Assembly: GCA_964019425.1 (NCBI GenBank)
Contig: OZ025797.1
Span: 496,001-560,000, forward strand
DNA length: 64,000 bases
Reading direction: 5' to 3'
Source of the DNA: Flectonema sp. DT1601
Lineage: Eukaryota
The notes below the pieces were generated by a model. That model did no database searches, had not been told where the DNA came from, and saw nothing but the letters and a program-made list of their open reading frames with translations. The position numbers and the translations under genes were made by a program. Below, piece after piece: positions 1 to 11,027 of the stretch; position 1 is the stretch's first letter, and every line of letters begins with the position of its first letter.

Positions 1-300
1 GGTCACTCATCCCTCCTCCTGAGATACCAAACAGGGAGGCTCACAGACTACGAGGTGCTGCAGTTGATTTAGTTATGTTAAGACGATAATATTTTATCAC
101 CTTACTGTTACTCATTTTTCTTCAAGTAACTTTTTCCATCACGACAATCAAGATAAAAAATAAAATATTTTTTTCAATCTCTCGGTACGCGTGTTGTTTT
201 TCTGACGTGTTTTGTTTTTCCTCGCTAGCTTCTTACCTATTATCTTTGTTCTGGTGGATATAGTGAAGAGTCTGTTCTCACAGAGATTTAGTTCAATGAC

Positions 301-1425
301 ATGACTAGTGAAGAGAGTATTGTAACTTTAATAAATATCACTTCCCCACCAGACACTCCCCTATCCCATCTTACTATGTCGCACTCAACTAAGTTATTGT
401 CGGCATTCGGAGATGACAGCGATAATGAAGAGAAGAGAGAGTTGAGTCCAATCCCAACAACAGACACATACAAACCAATGAGGGGGATAACAAATGATAG
501 GGAAAGATTAACAACTGAAATGGAAGCACTACCAGACGCATGTAATATTAAAGACTTACCAATCAGTATTGATGACTTCGCTATGATGGCAATGAAGGGA
601 ATGAGGCGTTCTGATGGTTCTCAATGGAATGAAGGAGAACCACTACATGCTGGTGGAATGTTAGAGGCACAGATACCACTTCCAAAGCAGCAAGGAGCTG
701 GTCTTGGAAGTGATCGTAGCCAACCTGTCTTGGCACCAGGACAGTCTAATTTAGAAGCATTGAAACCAAAACCTGGTGAGTTTAGAAATTATGTCGGCGT
801 ATCACAGAAACTTCAAAAGCAAAAAGTAATTGAGACTGGTGCCCGTGTAATCATTGCGACAGGTCCACATGAAGGGCAAGATGGAATTATAACAAGCTGT
901 CCAGAAACCGGATCAGCACTTCGTAAAAAAGATAAAATAGAAATCCAACTCTCCAGCAGTAGCGTTCAAGTAACACAAACAGCTGACAGTATCCGCTTGT
1001 GGACTAAAGCTGATAGCCAACGTTCTGCAGCAAAGAATAAATTCTCTCCAGAAGTGAATCGACCAGTTAAGAGACGCAAAGAAAAACCCCTAGAGTGGGT
1101 AATTCAACCAGGTATGTTGGTACGCGTAATATCTAAAGGTGATTTGTATAATCAGAAATTAGTTGTTCACGACATTGTTTCAACGACAGCCTTCACACTA
1201 ATTGATAGTAGTCATCATACTTATGATCATTTGGATGAGACTGATGTCGAAACTGTAATTCCCAGACAACAAGGTTCTTCCATACTAATCTTATCTGGAA
1301 AGAGAAAAGGAGCTGTAGCCTTGCTATCAGCTCGCGATAAGAAGACCTCAGAAGTTATAGTTCGGTTCAAAGGATCTCTGAAAGACCATCGGTTTTCATT
1401 CGATGATGTCTGCAGCATGGGTTGA
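301..1425 (+). CDS. G-patch/KOW spliceosomal protein (GPKOW/Spp2/MOS2-like)
   Basis: Spp2/MOS2-type degenerate G-patch (ISIDDFAMMAMKGM...WNEG...GAGLG), KOW motif (GARVIIATGPHEGQDGII) and KIN17-like C-terminal SH3/KOW region (W..PGMLVRVISKG..YNQK...DVETVIP...FSFDDVC). True start may be the ATG at 376. Confidence 0.8.
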   Translation: MTSEESIVTLINITSPPDTPLSHLTMSHSTKLLSAFGDDSDNEEKRELSPIPTTDTYKPMRGITNDRERLTTEMEALPDACNIKDLPISIDDFAMMAMKGMRRSDGSQWNEGEPLHAGGMLEAQIPLPKQQGAGLGSDRSQPVLAPGQSNLEALKPKPGEFRNYVGVSQKLQKQKVIETGARVIIATGPHEGQDGIITSCPETGSALRKKDKIEIQLSSSSVQVTQTADSIRLWTKADSQRSAAKNKFSPEVNRPVKRRKEKPLEWVIQPGMLVRVISKGDLYNQKLVVHDIVSTTAFTLIDSSHHTYDHLDETDVETVIPRQQGSSILILSGKRKGAVALLSARDKKTSEVIVRFKGSLKDHRFSFDDVCSMG

Positions 1426-1866
1426 GTTAACCTATTTAGCTCTTAATTATCTTTGTACAATCGGATAAGTTATTTATTACTTAAACTGTAAAGCTCTGAT
1501 TGCTTATTAATTTAACGGAGACAAAGTTAAGTTTTGTCTAAATAGCACTAGCTGTGTGCCCTCCATTCTTTTATGGTGTGGTGCGGTCGCCTTTCTATCT
1601 CGCGGCACAACCTTTTTTCTATCAGAAAATTCATTTCTTTTTTTTTTTTTTTTTTTTTTTTTTCCTGTCATTTCTTCCTTCGGGGCATTGCTCTGAGACT
1701 TTGTGTCGTTTGGCTTTTATTATTATTTTTTCGAACTCAATCCCAAGAACGAAAGTATTTCTCCCCTTCTTCTACTACAGGACAATGTTATGATGTTGTG
1801 GGTTAAAAGTCTTTTATTGATACTCTGGTACACTTTTTTTTTCGTCATCACAGCAAATCCTAAAAT

Positions 1867-2226
1867 ATGATAAAAAGAAATCGTGATGATGACACTGAAA
1901 TCGATAATGTTGATAAACGAAATAAAGAACGAGAAGATATACCAGTTGCTGAACAGCCAAAGGCGACGTTCACATCGCGAAGAAAAACACAAATCAACAC
2001 TAGCAATAATGAAGGAATGACTGCCTTGCACTGCGCAGCTCAAGCTGGGAATTTAGCGATAGTTAAAGTACTTCTGAACTGTGACGATTGCTTAATAAAT
2101 GCACAAGATAAAAAGGGAAGGACTCCTTTAACCCTTGTTATCGAAACAAAGCCTCCAGCTTGGGAAGCAATCGCTAATGAGATACACAACATGGGTGGTG
2201 TGATGTCGAATTCTTTTAGATCTTAA
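1867..2226 (+). CDS. Small ankyrin-repeat protein
   Basis: NNEGMTALHCAAQAGNLAIVKVLL and INAQDKKGRTPLTL are ankyrin consensus matches; only about 2 repeats, so it may be a fragment. Confidence 0.75.
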   Translation: MIKRNRDDDTEIDNVDKRNKEREDIPVAEQPKATFTSRRKTQINTSNNEGMTALHCAAQAGNLAIVKVLLNCDDCLINAQDKKGRTPLTLVIETKPPAWEAIANEIHNMGGVMSNSFRS

Positions 2227-2440
2227 CGCATTAAGAGACACCACTTGAATTACTGTTGTCTGATTGTGATGATATTATTATTATTATTATCTTGTAGTTC
2301 GTTTGTTTAATTTAATTTAGTGATCTCACACAGGTGGAACAAACTAATTGTTGGTTGTTGTTTTTTTACACCTTTTTGTTTACTTTGTAGTTTAGTTGTT
2401 GTTTGTTATTATCAATTGAACTTTCACTCTCGCAGATAAG

Positions 2441-4162
2441 ATGAGAAAACAAACCCCAAACTCATCTCCAAGAAATGCTCAAATATCACGAGATCGGAAC
2501 TTTCTGATGGTAATGATAACAATGATTATAACTTTAGTTAGTAATCTTTTACTCGGAGGGTTTTCAAGTAGCGAAAGACAAACAATCCAACGCCAAATAG
2601 CTGAACTTCAGGCACAGCAGAGTGAAATATTAAACGCTGTCCGGTTTCAGCAAAAACTTGAAGAACAAACACTCAAAGGGATAGGAAGAATAGAAATAGG
2701 AAGAACAAACTCAACACAACAATCGGCTCAGGTTGAAATTAAGAAAATGCATAAAATAAAAGCAGTAGATAAGAATACTGATCTCGTAAAACTCTATCGG
2801 TATCTTCGTATTAGTCAAGGACAACCATTGTCAGAAGCTGCAGAAGCGTTGGATGAAATTCCAAAAATAATTAGTTATCATCGAAAAGCAAAGCGATACA
2901 TTGAGTTCCCCACCACTGATGAAGAACGTGCGCAATTAAAACTCTCTGAAGTACCTCCTGCCCCTACTGGTGAAGCCGCAGTTAGATTATCTCGTGAATT
3001 GGGTTGGCCAGATCATTGGAAGGCCAGGCAACGTCCTGAGCTATTCATTTTGGGACCTCCAAAAACAGGAACAACATTTCTGGAAGGATGCCTCCGGTGG
3101 TCGATGTTTGGAAACTCATCAAAAAGATACTACCCGCTAGCGAGTGAGAGGTGGCCGACTATAAAACTTGCTGGTGGGGAACCACAATACACAACATCAC
3201 CTGTAATGGAAGGTCTGAAGTTGTGGAACAGAACAGGGTTCAGAAGATGGGATCCTCCAAAGGAGTGGTGGACTTACCCGGAAATTGGTCGTTACGCTCT
3301 CGAATACCGAGGATTCCTCAACACTCAGAGATTCCCTCCTGTAGAAAAAGAGTCAAAGAACTGGTTCTTAATTGACAGTACTCCCGATATGATTATGGTA
3401 CCAAAGGCTGCTCAGTCATTATCTAAAGACCTTGAAGGATCTCCTTTTCAACCTCGATTTCTGGTCATGGAGAGAGACGCACTCACTAGAGGGTACTCTC
3501 ACTTTCTATTATTTACCCAGCTTCGGGTACAGTGGGGATGGGGAGAGGAAACGACGACTGTTTTTGCTGACAAACTGGACGAACAACATGCGATCTTGGA
3601 AAAGATTCCAATCTGTAATGAGATGATGTACCAACCGATGAATGTTCTACGCAGCTATGACAAAACTTATCTCGCTCTACGGTGGTGTATGTATGACCCA
3701 ACAAAGAGAAATCAAGTAATGTTCTTACCATTTGGATTCACTGCTTTAGGTGTCAGGTATTGGTTCTCTAAGTTCGATCCTAACAGGTTTACTTTTTTGA
3801 AAATGAAGGACTTTAGAAAAATTGGTCGTTCACCTGAGCAGTTGCGCACGTTCTACGAGCATGCCTTCCCTGGTCTGGAGCGAAACAAACCAAGGTGTGA
3901 GAATGCTGGGGATTGGAACTCTGGAAACTGTACCGGATGGCACCTCGACGAGATAGCAACTGAGATGTGTGGACCTGACTCCCCGGCATTAAAGGCGCAG
4001 GCTTGGTCCGGTAGGTCTGGAATGAACTACACAAAAGGTTCGGCGGAAAGACTCGCAAAGTACAAAGAAATAGCCAACAGTTGGAGTGATGCTTATGATG
4101 AAATACTTTTAATGAATAATATAAAATGGTACGATCCGAATCCCCAAACAATTGATCCTTAA
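2441..4162 (+). CDS. Type II membrane (Golgi-type) PAPS-dependent sulfotransferase, copy A
   Basis: N-terminal TM helix, coiled stem, 5'-PSB motif LFILGPPKTGTTFL and 3'-PB-like RDALTRGYSHF, as in heparan-sulfate-type sulfotransferases. Confidence 0.8.
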   Translation: MRKQTPNSSPRNAQISRDRNFLMVMITMIITLVSNLLLGGFSSSERQTIQRQIAELQAQQSEILNAVRFQQKLEEQTLKGIGRIEIGRTNSTQQSAQVEIKKMHKIKAVDKNTDLVKLYRYLRISQGQPLSEAAEALDEIPKIISYHRKAKRYIEFPTTDEERAQLKLSEVPPAPTGEAAVRLSRELGWPDHWKARQRPELFILGPPKTGTTFLEGCLRWSMFGNSSKRYYPLASERWPTIKLAGGEPQYTTSPVMEGLKLWNRTGFRRWDPPKEWWTYPEIGRYALEYRGFLNTQRFPPVEKESKNWFLIDSTPDMIMVPKAAQSLSKDLEGSPFQPRFLVMERDALTRGYSHFLLFTQLRVQWGWGEETTTVFADKLDEQHAILEKIPICNEMMYQPMNVLRSYDKTYLALRWCMYDPTKRNQVMFLPFGFTALGVRYWFSKFDPNRFTFLKMKDFRKIGRSPEQLRTFYEHAFPGLERNKPRCENAGDWNSGNCTGWHLDEIATEMCGPDSPALKAQAWSGRSGMNYTKGSAERLAKYKEIANSWSDAYDEILLMNNIKWYDPNPQTIDP

Positions 4163-4579
4163 TAAACTAGTCGAAGAGGTTAGCGACACTTTGAATTAGT
4201 TATTCTTATTTTGTAATGTACCTTCTTTGTGTAGTGTTTGACAAAATAGAAATGAATTTCTATAGTGAACTTTATATAGTCTTCTGATGTAAGTTTATGG
4301 CCTTCCTATCCTACTTTCTATTCGTTACAACAAGAACGGTATTATTTAATGTGTGTGTGTGGCTGTTCTTGATTCTCCTTGTGAGTAAGGCTTTCGTTAA
4401 AACACATCTTATTTTAGAATTTTCTTTTATTTTACTCCTCTTGGGGTGGGCGTGGGTCTTCATGTCAAGAAAAAAATAAATATTTGACCAGTAAGTTATT
4501 ATAACTTTTTTTTTTTTTTGGTTATTCAGGTATTTATCTCACATTCTTTTCCCCACCCCCTTCCTTGCTTTTAAGTGTG

Positions 4580-5315
4580 CGTTGTAACGGACTACAGGTC
4601 AGGGGACGCTCAACCTGAACTGATGTAGTCCCTGAATTACTACATTCGACAACGTCTTCTGATCAATAGGACAAAAATTATATATTTCCCTTAGAAGCGT
4701 GCCTTTTCTTTGATTTAGCAACTACAAATATCTCATTCGATCATAATAATTTTTTATTAATACTTGAAGTTGTTAGTTTTTTTTTTCATTGTCAAGGTTT
4801 CGCCCCATCCGTTTTTCTCTTTTTGGAATATTCTTTTAGGATCTGTTTGAATTTACGCTACAGGGGATGGGACGCTAACATAACTAATTATGTTGTATGT
4901 CCCCCGAATTCCCATAATTCACAGTACGTATGGATTTTATCGATACCAATCTGTTGCATAGCATAGGTGTTGCTGAACCCTGTTTCGGTATAGCCAGTTT
5001 TTAAGTTGTTTGTTTTATATTATAAATGTAATCACCAAGTTACCCTCTGCGTCTCTGAGATGAGAGCAGAGTTTTAGCAATATTCACCTCCCCGTTGTAA
5101 CGGACTACAGGGCATGGGACGCTCAACCTGTTAGTACGTGGTCCCCGAATTACCAGATTCGACAACGTCTTCTGGTTAGTAAGACAATGTTTTCTTTTTT
5201 CTAAACGTAATTTTCTTTGACTACAAATATTTTTCAGTCAAGTACTTGATATTAATTTTGTTTTCTTTAATACCTAAAGTTGTTACTGTTTTTACATTGT
5301 CAAAGTTTCACCCCC
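4580..5315. repeat. Diverged local repeat: two ~230-bp copies (4580-4806, 5093-5315) plus a partial third copy (~4858-4924)
   Basis: Shared CGTTGTAACGGACTACAGG...GGGACGCTCAACCTG...GTCCC.GAATTAC...ATTCGACAACGTCTTCTG and shared downstream CATTGTCAA.GTTTC.CCCC; offset 513 bp. Confidence 0.85.
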
Positions 5316-5479
5316 AATTTAAAGCATGCGTGGACAGAATCCAGTTATAATGATTCATGTCTAATTTGTTGGGTGTTAACCTTGATTTATTTAGCCACGT
5401 CCCCCCAAAAAAAAGTATAGTTTTACCCTTTCTTGATTCTTTTCGGTTTCAGTTATTCTTGCCGTGTACTTGTTGGCTA

Positions 5480-6100
5480 ACTAGCAATTTTAAGGCTTCT
5501 GAAACTACGTATTCCACATTCGATTGAATTTTCCCGCCTCTCCCTTCTTTTGACTGATAATCATTAATACTAACTCTAGTCACTACCATGTGGGGCTTAG
5601 GGTCTACCAGTGGTTCTGGCCGAAAGAAGCGTCTTCGTACGTCTGGCGGTGCCATGAGACTCGGACACCTCGATAGAGTACTGTCTGAGCATGAGTGGAA
5701 CCTTTTTATTTTTTTTATTATTCGTTCCCCATAAACATAACTCAGCCCCGCTCATTTTGTTGGTATCCCGCGTTCACTGATATTTATATAGGGGACTGTG
5801 TTAAATGGTAAAATAAATAACCATGTTGACGTGATCCCTTTGCTGAGAAGGGCAAACGCGATGAGTAGGACAGGCCTGACACGCATGTCCCCCTTGCTCT
5901 CTTCGCTGAAGAGGGCTGGGTAAGGGGAATGGTCTGAAAAAAGATTTTTTAATTTTAGCCCGAAACCAACCATTATTTGTTTGTTGTCCTACGAAATTTT
6001 GTATTTGATTGAATTTTCCCGCCCTCTCCCCTTCTTTTGACTGATAACAATTAGTACTTACTAGCTGCTTTAAGGCTTCTGAAACTACGTATTCCACATT
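5480..6100. repeat. Permuted two-block repeat (A-B at 5480-5575, B-A at 6005-6100)
   Basis: Block A TTTAAGGCTTCTGAAACTACGTATTCCACATT and block B GATTGAATTTTCCCGCC...CTTCTTTTGACTGATAA each occur twice, in swapped order. Confidence 0.85.
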
Positions 6101-7369
6101 TTATGGAATAGCAGAATAATGTGTTTCATAACTTTTTTTTTAATCGAAGTATTTACCTAGTGTTTTAAATAAGGTCCCCGAAATTACTGAATGAAGGCCG
6201 AAAAGAAAGGGACAAGATTATGGACTGAACTACGTTTTCTAAAAATGGAACAGCGGAATAATTATTAAATGTGGTTTCATTTTTGTTTTCTTAAATGAAA
6301 AATTTCTTTTGTAATAGACTCGTGTGCTAACAATTGCCTGGAATTGATCGCGCTATTGGGGTGTCCGATAATGTCATGTTCGCTATTCGCTAGAAGTGAT
6401 TTTTTTCCATTTTTGCTGAATAGCGAAGATGGAATTATTGGACTGCCGCCCATCACAAAAAAAATAAAATAAAAATAAAAAAACTTTACTGTTAGGGGGG
6501 AATTATTTGTTGTTTGTAGTTATCTTATTTTCTTATGTGTATTTTTCTTCTTTTTTTTTTTTTTTTAAATATAATATTCAGATTCATTATACAAATAAAC
6601 TCGCGTATTATCCCTACTGTTCTGTTTGATTTATTCTTGTTCTTTTTACCCTGTATCTCGTGCTTGAACACAGAATGCTAAAAAGAAATCCAGCGGGCGG
6701 GTATGACGAGTCCTTCTGTTCTTTCGTTAGTATTTACATTTCGGTTTTCTCTAAATCGATGGCAGTACTTATGATACCATCCTAGTTTGCTAAGCCGCAA
6801 ATCCATTTATGAAGTCCAATGGATATGTTTGTGTGTGCGTGTAGGTCGGGTTGTCATTATTTTGAATGGGGTCTCTTTTTTTTTTTTTTTTTTTTTAAAA
6901 TTTTTTATTATCCATCATTGTATTCTTCTCCCATCCTGTAAGAAAATTTTCAAAAAATTCTATTTACAGATACAGGGGTGTTTTTAGAAAAGATTATCAA
7001 GCCCTCCATGTGATAAGTATTTTATTCTTTTTTATTCGGTCTTGAGGATGATCATTTTATTATTATCTTCATGTGTACGGTTTGTGTTACTTATTTTTGT
7101 AACATGAACAGTTATTTGAGGGCTACTTCAAATGAAAGGCTTGACCTTAGGACACAGTCTGAGTCAAATTTGGTGAATACTTCTGGTGTCGGTTCTGTTT
7201 TCTTTTTCTTTTTTTTTTGTTCTTCTTTTATTTACTCAAATCAGGTCAACATTAGACCGGAGCAAGGAAGTATTTATTCACTATTATGTTACGTCGAGTG
7301 AATGGAGTTTTTTAGTAGGTTGATAACTTATTTTTTTTCAGTATTGTTCAACAGGGAGAATTGTGATAA

Positions 7370-8962
7370 ATGAAAGAGTGCGGTGCACGTCAGATGGTGC
7401 TCCCAGTTGTGTTAGGGGTAGTCGCGATGGGTTTGACAGGAAATGTGTTAGTTGGAAAGAGAGGAGACCGACCAAATTTTATACTTCAAACACAACCTCC
7501 TACACCACAACCAGAAGTATCTGGTGAGGTATCAACGTTAAGACTTCCTACACAGCAGCTCTCATCACAGAGTGATAAGTCATTCCCAGTAGACTATAAT
7601 AGGAACCTTGATAAAGTTTATACATATCTTCACAGCACTGATGGTGCTCCGTCTGCGGTTGCTGCAAAGGAACTTGATGAGATACCCGAAAGAGTTATTT
7701 CGTTTCCAAAGTACAAATGGTTGATCTTCCCCACCACTGATGAGGAACGTGCGGAGTTAAAGCTCCCTAAAGTACCTCCTGCCCCTACTGGTGAAGCCGC
7801 AGTTAGATTATCTCGTGAATTGGGTTGGCCAGATCACTGGAAGGCCAGGCAACGTCCTGAGCTATTCATTTTGGGACCTCCAAAAACAGGAACAACATTT
7901 CTGGAAGGATGCCTCCGGTGGTCGATGTTTGGAAACTCATCAAAAAGATACTACCCGCTAGCGAGTGAGAGGTGGCCGACTATAAAACTTGCTGGTGGGG
8001 AACCACGATACACAACATCACCTGTAATGGAAGGTCTGAAGTTGTGGAACAGAACAGGATTCAGAAGATGGGATCCTCCAAAGGAGTGGTGGACTTACCC
8101 GGAAATTGGTCGCTATGCCAGTGACCTTCGGGGATTCCTCAACACTCAGAGATTCCCTCCTGTAGAAAAAGAGTCAAAGAACTGGTTCTTAATTGACAGT
8201 ACTCCCGATATGATTATGGTACCAAAGGCTGCTCAGTCATTATCTAAAGACCTTGAAGGATCTCCTTTTCAACCTCGATTTCTGGTCATGGAGAGAGACG
8301 CACTCACTAGAGGGTACTCTCACTTTCTATTATTTACCCAGCTTCGGGTACAGTGGGGATGGGGAGAGGAAACGACGACTGTTTTTGCTGACAAACTGGA
8401 CGAACAACATGCGATCTTGGAAAAGATTCCAATCTGTAATGAGATGATGTACCAACCGATGAATGTTCTACGCAGCTATGACAAAACTTATCTCGCTCTA
8501 CGGTGGTGTATGTATGACCCAACAAAGAGAAATCAAGTAATGTTCTTACCATTTGGATTCACTGCTTTAGGTGTCAGGTATTGGTTCTCTAAGTTCGATC
8601 CTAACAGGTTTACTTTTTTGAAAATGAGGCATTTTAAGAAAATTGCGAAATCTCCTGAGAAGCTTCACACGTTCTACGAGCATGCCTTCCCTGGTCTTAA
8701 ACGAAACAAACCAAGGTGTAAAAATGCTGGGGATTGGAACTCTGGAAACTGTACCGGATGGCACCTCGACGAGATAGCAACTGAGATGTGTGGACCTGAC
8801 TCCCCGGCATTAAAGGCGCAGGCTTGGTCCGGTAGGTCTGGAATGAACTACACAAAAGGTCCAAAGGAAAGATTCACAAAGTACAAAGATATATCTGACA
8901 GCTGGGACAAAGCCTACAAAAATCTGCTTGAGAAACACGAACAAAAATGGTACAAACCTTAG
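7370..8962 (+). CDS. Type II membrane sulfotransferase, copy B
   Basis: Same PSB/PB motifs as 2441-4162; catalytic region nearly identical in nucleotide sequence, while the N-terminal anchor and stem differ. Confidence 0.8.
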   Translation: MKECGARQMVLPVVLGVVAMGLTGNVLVGKRGDRPNFILQTQPPTPQPEVSGEVSTLRLPTQQLSSQSDKSFPVDYNRNLDKVYTYLHSTDGAPSAVAAKELDEIPERVISFPKYKWLIFPTTDEERAELKLPKVPPAPTGEAAVRLSRELGWPDHWKARQRPELFILGPPKTGTTFLEGCLRWSMFGNSSKRYYPLASERWPTIKLAGGEPRYTTSPVMEGLKLWNRTGFRRWDPPKEWWTYPEIGRYASDLRGFLNTQRFPPVEKESKNWFLIDSTPDMIMVPKAAQSLSKDLEGSPFQPRFLVMERDALTRGYSHFLLFTQLRVQWGWGEETTTVFADKLDEQHAILEKIPICNEMMYQPMNVLRSYDKTYLALRWCMYDPTKRNQVMFLPFGFTALGVRYWFSKFDPNRFTFLKMRHFKKIAKSPEKLHTFYEHAFPGLKRNKPRCKNAGDWNSGNCTGWHLDEIATEMCGPDSPALKAQAWSGRSGMNYTKGPKERFTKYKDISDSWDKAYKNLLEKHEQKWYKP

Positions 8963-11027
8963 CACTCAATTGTTCTCGTTAAGGCACCATCCTACGGAAG
9001 ACTTTGATCACCTAACTTCGCTGTGATTTATAAGTTCTATCGTTGTCGAAAGGTGAAAGTAGATATTAATTCTGTGTGTTGAGTACTTTACGTATATATT
9101 TCATATACAGTACGCACCACCATAGTAAGATAGAATATGATTATTCTGGTTCTCCTTTTGTGCGATCGCATCATTATATCACAACGTGTGATGGTATTGT
9201 TCTTATTTAAAAAGTGTGACGACATGTTGTAGAAATCAGTTCGCTATTTTTTTCTGCCTCTTTTTTCATGTGCGAGCTTTCTGTTTGTCTTCCTTCACAA
9301 TCGGAGTGACTTTTTTTTTTTTTTTTTTTTTAAATTTTTTTTTTTTGCAGTAAACTATTCATACCCTGATGTCATGCTTTTTTCCCCCAACTTCTCTTCT
9401 TTTACTGAAAATCTGGAGGCAGTTGGCTTTTGATAAGCCATCAAACATTTACTTTTTGATATTAATTACTTAGAGAGACCCTACCAGCACTTCAGGTAAT
9501 TAATCAAAATAGATGTTGTAGAGGAACCAAGGTTTTGAGATTCAGTCAGCTGCCCTTAATGTGTTGAACGTAGATTTGAAAAGGTCTCGCGTTGACTTCC
9601 ATTATTATTTATTGCTGATGGAGGTTGTTTTTGTTTTTTTATTTCTTTCGATGTTTATGTTTGTCTGACGTGAGTGCTTTTGTGAGTTTTTTCCTGCGTC
9701 ACAAAGTACGAAAGAATGACTCACTACTGTAGTTTACTACTATCTGATTGGCATAACGAGCCCTGACTGCAAGATTCTCTTCAAATGGGAGAACGGAAGT
9801 GAAGAAAACAAAAGAAAAGATTATTTAGTTTGTGTGAATTGTATTCTCATTATCATCTCAACTCTATTACGAAGAGTTGTATTTTTTTTTTATTTTTTTT
9901 AAAGGTTTACTCAAACAAGTACCTTTCGTATTGTGTTCCCTGTTCCTGTTGCGGGTCGCAGTGATATCGTTGCTGCTGTTTGTCACAGTAATAATGTGTA
10001 GTTTTTCAATATAAAAAAAAAACAATTCAAAAAAAAAAAAAAAAAAAAAAAACACCAGTGGTCCGTGGCCACCGTCTTTACGTTTATCTCTTGCTCACAG
10101 TGTCAAGAGCCGATCCGTGGAGGTCTTCCAACGAACTCCTGACAGTTGCACTCTTATCTTTGTAATGTTATTATGAATAAGAATTGGTCGTTGGTAAAAA
10201 AAAAAAAAGCAAAACAAAGAGACAAGAAGAAGAAGAAAAAAAATCGACTGCAGATAAAAAGTAGACTCGCCAACAGCGACTAACATCCTGAAAGAGTTAT
10301 TTTTAAAATCTTGTTTCTCTGTTTGCTGATTGTATTGTTTTGATTTCTTATTTCTGAAGAGCTCTGAGTAGAGTTGAATCTGTAAATATTACTGATACAA
10401 AATATTTAAGGAAAAATCCAATTTCATGAGAATTTTTCCTGTTTTTTTTTTTTTTTTTTTCCCCTTGACCAAAAAAAGGTCTTGCTGTTATTATTTTTGT
10501 TGTGAGTGGGTTCCCGTATTCCTTAAACTGATACTCTTGAGACCTAAACCAGTCGGAGAAGAAACTAATTCAGATTAAGAACTTGCTGTTAATCTCTTCT
10601 CTCAAGGTGAAGAATGGTGAGCTCGTATACTGTAGAAGTTTTCTGACTAATTAACAAAACCAATAGCTGACTTGTGTCTCAGAGTCGCATTGTTTTTAGT
10701 TTGTTGATTTCATTCAATTCTTTGATTATTTGTCAAAAAGATTTCCGAATTTTAAAAAAAAAAAAAAAAAAAAAAGAAATATAAAACTTGTATTTTGACT
10801 TTTGGGTTAAATAAGATTTCTCTGAACAGTTAAATCTTTCAAACAGGTAGTCATCGAGTGCGGGGTACCTTGATACTGTAACTAAATATAAAGCAACTTG
10901 AAACTGGGGGAGGGGGGGGAAAAGAGTAGTTATTTTTGTACCTTAAAAACCTGTTGTTCTGAGAAACAAATAATCGTAGCTTTGATAAAACTTATTTTCT
11001 CAGTCAATACAACGCTTGAATGACAAC

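Noticed and set aside
1..89. Possible 3' end of an upstream CDS
   Set aside because: Two frames are open for under 30 codons; cannot choose between them or assign a product.
10055..10150. HDV-like ribozyme on the minus strand (ACCTCCACGGAT...GGCTCT)
   Set aside because: L3-like string present, but P3 is mismatched and no P2 partner or J4/2 could be found.
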